43,261 nt of DNA from Promethearchaeota archaeon (GTDB taxonomy: Archaea; Asgardarchaeota; Lokiarchaeia; Sigyniarchaeales; SOKP01): the NCBI GenBank assembly GCA_016840085.1, contig JAEOTA010000079.1, positions 1 to 43,261 of the forward strand. The letters run 5' to 3'. The first letter of the stretch is position 1, and every line of letters starts with the position of its first letter. Shown here one piece after another: positions 39,255 through 43,261 of this stretch. Below the pieces are notes generated by a model. That model had not been told where the DNA came from, did no database searches, and saw only the letters and a list, made by a program, of their open reading frames with translations. The position numbers were made by a program, and so were the translations under genes.

Positions 39255-40159
39255 AAGGAATTGTTTTTGATATTCAAAATTATGCGATATATGATGGACC
39301 AGGAATTCGAACATTAATATTTTTGAAAGGATGTCCATTAAAATGTTTATGGTGTCAAAATCCAGAATCTCAAAAGTTAAATCCTCAAATTTCATATTTT
39401 AAAGAAAAGTGTTTATTATGTGAAACATGTATAAAAACGTGTCCAAATAATGCTCTTAGCTTAAATGTGAATGAAATAACTCGAGATGAAAATCTTTGTG
39501 TGCTTTGTGGAAATTGTGTTGAAGCATGTCCAAATAAAGTTTTGGAAATAATAGGAAAGGAATACTCAATAGAAGAACTAGTTGAAATTGCTCTAAGAGA
39601 TAAACCTTTTTATGACAATTCTGATGGAGGTGTAACTATTTCTGGTGGTGAACCGACAATGCAATTTAAGTTTCTTATGGAATTGCTTAAAACACTTAAA
39701 AATAAAGGAATTCATGTCGCAATAGAAACATGTGGTTATTTTAATGAGGATTTAATAGAAGATTTAACTGATAATGTCGATTTATTTTTATTTGATATTA
39801 AACTCACTGACAATGAGAAACATAAGACCTTCACTGGTGTTAATAATGATACAATTTTAACAAATTTCTCAAAAGTTCTTTCTAAAGTGGGTAATGAAAG
39901 AATTATTCCTCGCATACCATTAATTCCAGCAGCAAATACAGATGAAAAAACCATTATGAATATCATATCTTTTTTACAACAAATAAATTACCTAGGTCCA
40001 ATACATTTAATGCCATACAATAAATTAGCAAAAACAAAATATGAAAAAGTAGGTATGGGGGATTTATATAAAGATATGGGAGATTTAACTGAAGATGATA
40101 TTAAAGAAATCACTAATATTTTTGAAAGACATTCATTTCAAGTTATAATTAATCATTAA
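39251..40159 (+). CDS. Glycyl-radical enzyme activating protein (radical SAM with ferredoxin-like insert)
   Basis: DGPGIRT..FLKGCPLKCLWCQNPE, two CX2CX2CX3C motifs, GGVTISGGEP and IETCG. Confidence 0.95.
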   Translation: MKGIVFDIQNYAIYDGPGIRTLIFLKGCPLKCLWCQNPESQKLNPQISYFKEKCLLCETCIKTCPNNALSLNVNEITRDENLCVLCGNCVEACPNKVLEIIGKEYSIEELVEIALRDKPFYDNSDGGVTISGGEPTMQFKFLMELLKTLKNKGIHVAIETCGYFNEDLIEDLTDNVDLFLFDIKLTDNEKHKTFTGVNNDTILTNFSKVLSKVGNERIIPRIPLIPAANTDEKTIMNIISFLQQINYLGPIHLMPYNKLAKTKYEKVGMGDLYKDMGDLTEDDIKEITNIFERHSFQVIINH

Positions 40160-40318
40160 ATCAATCAAGCTATTATTTACTCATAATCCAGAATGAGAAG
40201 AAATAAATATTTCAACTTTATAATATTTAATTAATTTTGAGTTATTATCCAATATACATATTTATTTTGTAAGATTTTAGTTATTTAATATTCAAAAATA
40301 GGTTTTAATGATAATATT

Positions 40319-42901
40319 ATGGAAATGATTGATAACGCTAGTGAGAGGATAAAAAGAATACGTAGAAGACTTCTTGATGAAATCCCTTTAATTTCTATAG
40401 AAAGAGCAAAGTACTACACAGAAAAATGGAAGGAAACTGAAAAGGAAAATTTAAATTTAAATGTAAGAGTTGCCCTTTCAATGAAACATATTCTTGAAAA
40501 TATAACCATTTATATTGATCCAGATGATCGAATTGCGGGTAAATGGACTCAAAATTTCATAGGAATACCAATAGATATCGAACGTGGATTGTGGAATAGA
40601 GTTTTTGAAATTGAACTTGATGAGAAAACAATGAAAAGATATGTAAAAGACAGTAATAAGAACTATATGTCTTATATGGTAAATAAAATTGGAGCTGATG
40701 GACTTCTTAAAATGTTAGAACACAGCAAAAAAATTAGAGCTTTAATCACAACTCTCGGAACGGATACTCTAGAAGAAAGAAAGATAAACCCATATAAAAT
40801 TAAAGAGGAAGACAAAAAGGTTCTCCTAACAGAACTCCTTCCTTATTGGAAAAATAAAACACTTGCAGACTTATTAGAAAGAGAGTATGCTAATTCTGAT
40901 GTATATACAGGGGAAGCTTATGATTTTCTATCTCATCTTCCGTTAAAAACAGCACAAAACGACATTGTAATATCTCCTTGTGCCGTAATTGGGGTTTGGC
41001 AAGGTCATTTAGTCCTTGATTTTAAAACAGTTTTAGAAAAAGGACTTTTAGCTATGCGAAAAGAAGTTCAGGATGAGATTAAAAATAATAAGGAATTAAC
41101 TGATGTTCAGAAAGGATTTTTACAATCACTTGATATTACCTATGAGGCTATAATAATATTTACCCATAGATTAGCAGAACGAATAAAAGACAAATTAAAT
41201 AAAACTGAAGATATTGAAAGAAGAAATGAATTATCAGAGATGTATGAAGCATGTAAAAGAATTCCAATGTATCCCCCTACTACATTTCGTGAAGCAGTCC
41301 AATCTTTTTGGATTATTAAAACAATGGTTGACTTGGCTATACCCTTTAATGTACATGGACCAGGTCGTTTAGATCAACTTTTTTATCCTTATTATCTTTC
41401 AGACATCATAAAAGGTCATATAACCCGAGAAGAAGCTCGTGAATTACTAGAAGAATTAGTTTTAAATATAATGAGTCATAATATACGTCCTTATTCTAAT
41501 GCTGTGAGTGATTTCAGTCAAAGATTTGAAGGTTCAGAGCCTGTTACTGTGGGAGGTTTGAATGAAGCGGGAGAAGATGCAACTAATGAGCTTACTTATC
41601 TTATATTAGAGGCAGCGGATAGATCAAAAGCATCTCTCAATTTTGCTGTTCGCTTCCATGATAAAACTCCTGAAGAACTTTATATGAAAGTAACAGAAAT
41701 TCAATATAATGGATATTCAAGCATATCAGTATTAAATGATAATGTATGTATTGAAGCACTAAAGAATCGAGGAATCTCAGAACAGGATGCAAATGCATAT
41801 TCAATAACAGGTTGTGTAGATATGTGCAGTCCAGGTAAAACAGGAGGAATTAGTTTTTCAGCTTTTTTATTATGTAGAACACTTGATATGACTTTAAGAA
41901 ATGGAAATTGTTTAACAATAGGTGGTTTAGTAAAAAACGTGGGGTTGAAAACAGGAGATCCGGATAATTTTATAACGTTTAATGAATTCTTGGATGCATT
42001 CTATCGTCAATCAGATTTTGTTCTTAAACAAATTGTCAAGGCAACAATAATAAGAGATCGATTATTTGCGAAATATTTTCCAGCACCTTTCATTTCAGCA
42101 TTCATGCAAGGTTGTTTTAAGAGGAAAAAAGATGTAACTCAAGGAGGTGCCTTTTATGATGCAGAAGGCATTCTTCTAATGAATAGTATTGCCAACACAG
42201 TCGATTCACTATATACCATTAAGAGACTTATCTTTGACCAGAAAAAATTTACCTTTAAAGAACTATTAGAAGCAATAGATCATAATTTTATGAATAGTTA
42301 TGGACATATTCATAAGCTAATCATGGATTTAGAAGGGAAATGGGGTAATGGCAATCCCGAATGTGATGAACTTGCTCGAGAAGTTTTTAACCATATATTT
42401 GAAGAAACATATAAATACAAAACTTATAAAGGTGGAGTCTATGCTCCTTTCATTATTTCTATGACTTCACACACTTACGATGGGAGAATAGGTATGGCTA
42501 CACCTGATGGGAGACTTGCGGGGAAGCCATTTGCAGCAAGCTGTAATCCTTACAATGTGGAAAAACACGGACCTACAGGAGTTATGCGATCAGTAGCAGC
42601 ACTCGATTTTCAACATGTATGTGGATGTGCTGTTAATATACGAATGCATCCCTCAGGGATAGGAAAGACAGAAGAAGCTAGGAAAAAATGGATAGCTCTT
42701 CTAAAAACCTATTTTACTTTAGGAGGACAACAACTTCAACCAACAGTTGTATCAACAGAGGTATTAAAAGCAGCTCAACAAAACCCAGAACCTTATAGGA
42801 ATATAATAGTTAAAGTTGGAGGATATTCAGCATACTTTACTGATCTCGGAAAAGAGATTCAAGATGAAGTCATTTCAAGAACTGAACATAGAATGGTCTA
42901 A
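40319..42901 (+). CDS. Glycyl radical enzyme (PFL2/eliminase-like, not canonical PFL)
   Basis: GRLDQ, TVGG...DATNELT, Cys loop TGCVD, ATPDGR, GPT and Gly loop KVGGYSAYF; 860 aa. Confidence 0.93.
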   Translation: MEMIDNASERIKRIRRRLLDEIPLISIERAKYYTEKWKETEKENLNLNVRVALSMKHILENITIYIDPDDRIAGKWTQNFIGIPIDIERGLWNRVFEIELDEKTMKRYVKDSNKNYMSYMVNKIGADGLLKMLEHSKKIRALITTLGTDTLEERKINPYKIKEEDKKVLLTELLPYWKNKTLADLLEREYANSDVYTGEAYDFLSHLPLKTAQNDIVISPCAVIGVWQGHLVLDFKTVLEKGLLAMRKEVQDEIKNNKELTDVQKGFLQSLDITYEAIIIFTHRLAERIKDKLNKTEDIERRNELSEMYEACKRIPMYPPTTFREAVQSFWIIKTMVDLAIPFNVHGPGRLDQLFYPYYLSDIIKGHITREEARELLEELVLNIMSHNIRPYSNAVSDFSQRFEGSEPVTVGGLNEAGEDATNELTYLILEAADRSKASLNFAVRFHDKTPEELYMKVTEIQYNGYSSISVLNDNVCIEALKNRGISEQDANAYSITGCVDMCSPGKTGGISFSAFLLCRTLDMTLRNGNCLTIGGLVKNVGLKTGDPDNFITFNEFLDAFYRQSDFVLKQIVKATIIRDRLFAKYFPAPFISAFMQGCFKRKKDVTQGGAFYDAEGILLMNSIANTVDSLYTIKRLIFDQKKFTFKELLEAIDHNFMNSYGHIHKLIMDLEGKWGNGNPECDELAREVFNHIFEETYKYKTYKGGVYAPFIISMTSHTYDGRIGMATPDGRLAGKPFAASCNPYNVEKHGPTGVMRSVAALDFQHVCGCAVNIRMHPSGIGKTEEARKKWIALLKTYFTLGGQQLQPTVVSTEVLKAAQQNPEPYRNIIVKVGGYSAYFTDLGKEIQDEVISRTEHRMV

Positions 42902-43065
42902 AAGATTTTATGAAGACCTATCAAGTTGTAATTAATCACTAATGTAGAAAGATCGTGCTTTAAATAAATGAAAGCTTTAAAAACTTGGTATTCCCTTATT
43001 TTAATTATAAACATTTTGAAATTCATATTATTGTTAAAACCTATTTCATAAAAAAAGTGAAAAAT

Positions 43066-43261
43066 ATGCTAAAAATAGAGAAAATGCCAAAAGAATGCGA
43101 AGAGTACATGACACCAATGGAAAGAATAACAGGACTTATAACACGGAAGAAATTAGATAGAATTCCGTGCTTTCCCTTCGTTTCAGCCGCAGCAGCTCAA
43201 ATTAGAAGGCTAAACTATGGAGAATATGCATCTAAACCAGATTTATTCTTAAGATGTCAAA
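43066..43261 (+). CDS. Uroporphyrinogen decarboxylase / MtaA-like family protein (partial, runs off window end)
   Basis: MTPMERI.......DRIPCFP N-terminal pattern; frame open to the end of the window. Confidence 0.65.
   Translation, partial: MLKIEKMPKECEEYMTPMERITGLITRKKLDRIPCFPFVSAAAAQIRRLNYGEYASKPDLFLRCQ

Noticed and set aside
2350-39966. Short ORFs nested in or antisense to long genes (e.g. 2350, 2686, 5705, 6760, 9229, 11353, 11645, 13051, 13297, 13925, 14745, 16200, 17046, 17219, 17860, 17891, 19013, 19745, 23999, 25361, 28339, 29773, 32618, 34329, 38786, 39736)
   Set aside because: Shadow ORFs overlapping well-supported genes, with no family motifs.
40319-42901. Calling the GRE pflB, cutC or bssA
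   Set aside because: No adjacent Cys-Cys pair, no GCVE, and no small Bss subunits nearby.

Overview
AT-rich chromosomal window, most likely from an Asgard archaeon of the Lokiarchaeia type. This assignment is an inference from GGTGA/GAGG Shine-Dalgarno motifs, TATA/oligo-T signals, stand-alone 7TM proteins, a degenerate small GTPase and Zn-ribbon/roadblock-like proteins. No rRNA, tRNA, CRISPR array or transposase was recognised. The window is rich in anaerobic acyl/lipid-metabolism genes. The main candidate system is two separate loci resembling the ATP-driven PlsA/PlsR (plasmalogen synthase) and Ger (glycerol ester reductase) type of 2-hydroxyacyl-CoA dehydratase-activase systems (1959-6326 and 16261-19433); the second is in an apparent operon with a PlsC-fold protein lacking the catalytic His. 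Other highlights are a 7TM / pseudo-GTPase / Zn-ribbon / roadblock-like cluster (22794-28024) and a glycyl radical enzyme with atypical GCVD and KVGGY motifs plus its activase. A 40-codon remnant of a second glycyl radical enzyme sits in frame behind the eda stop codon. An unannotated RHH gene is preceded by four helically phased ATCCA boxes, and a PIG-L deacetylase appears to start at CTG. Several genes are interrupted: an OYE with an in-frame TAG, a frameshifted acyl-CoA synthetase, and an internally deleted permease-CPBP gene. All functional calls come from motif recognition by eye; no searches were run.
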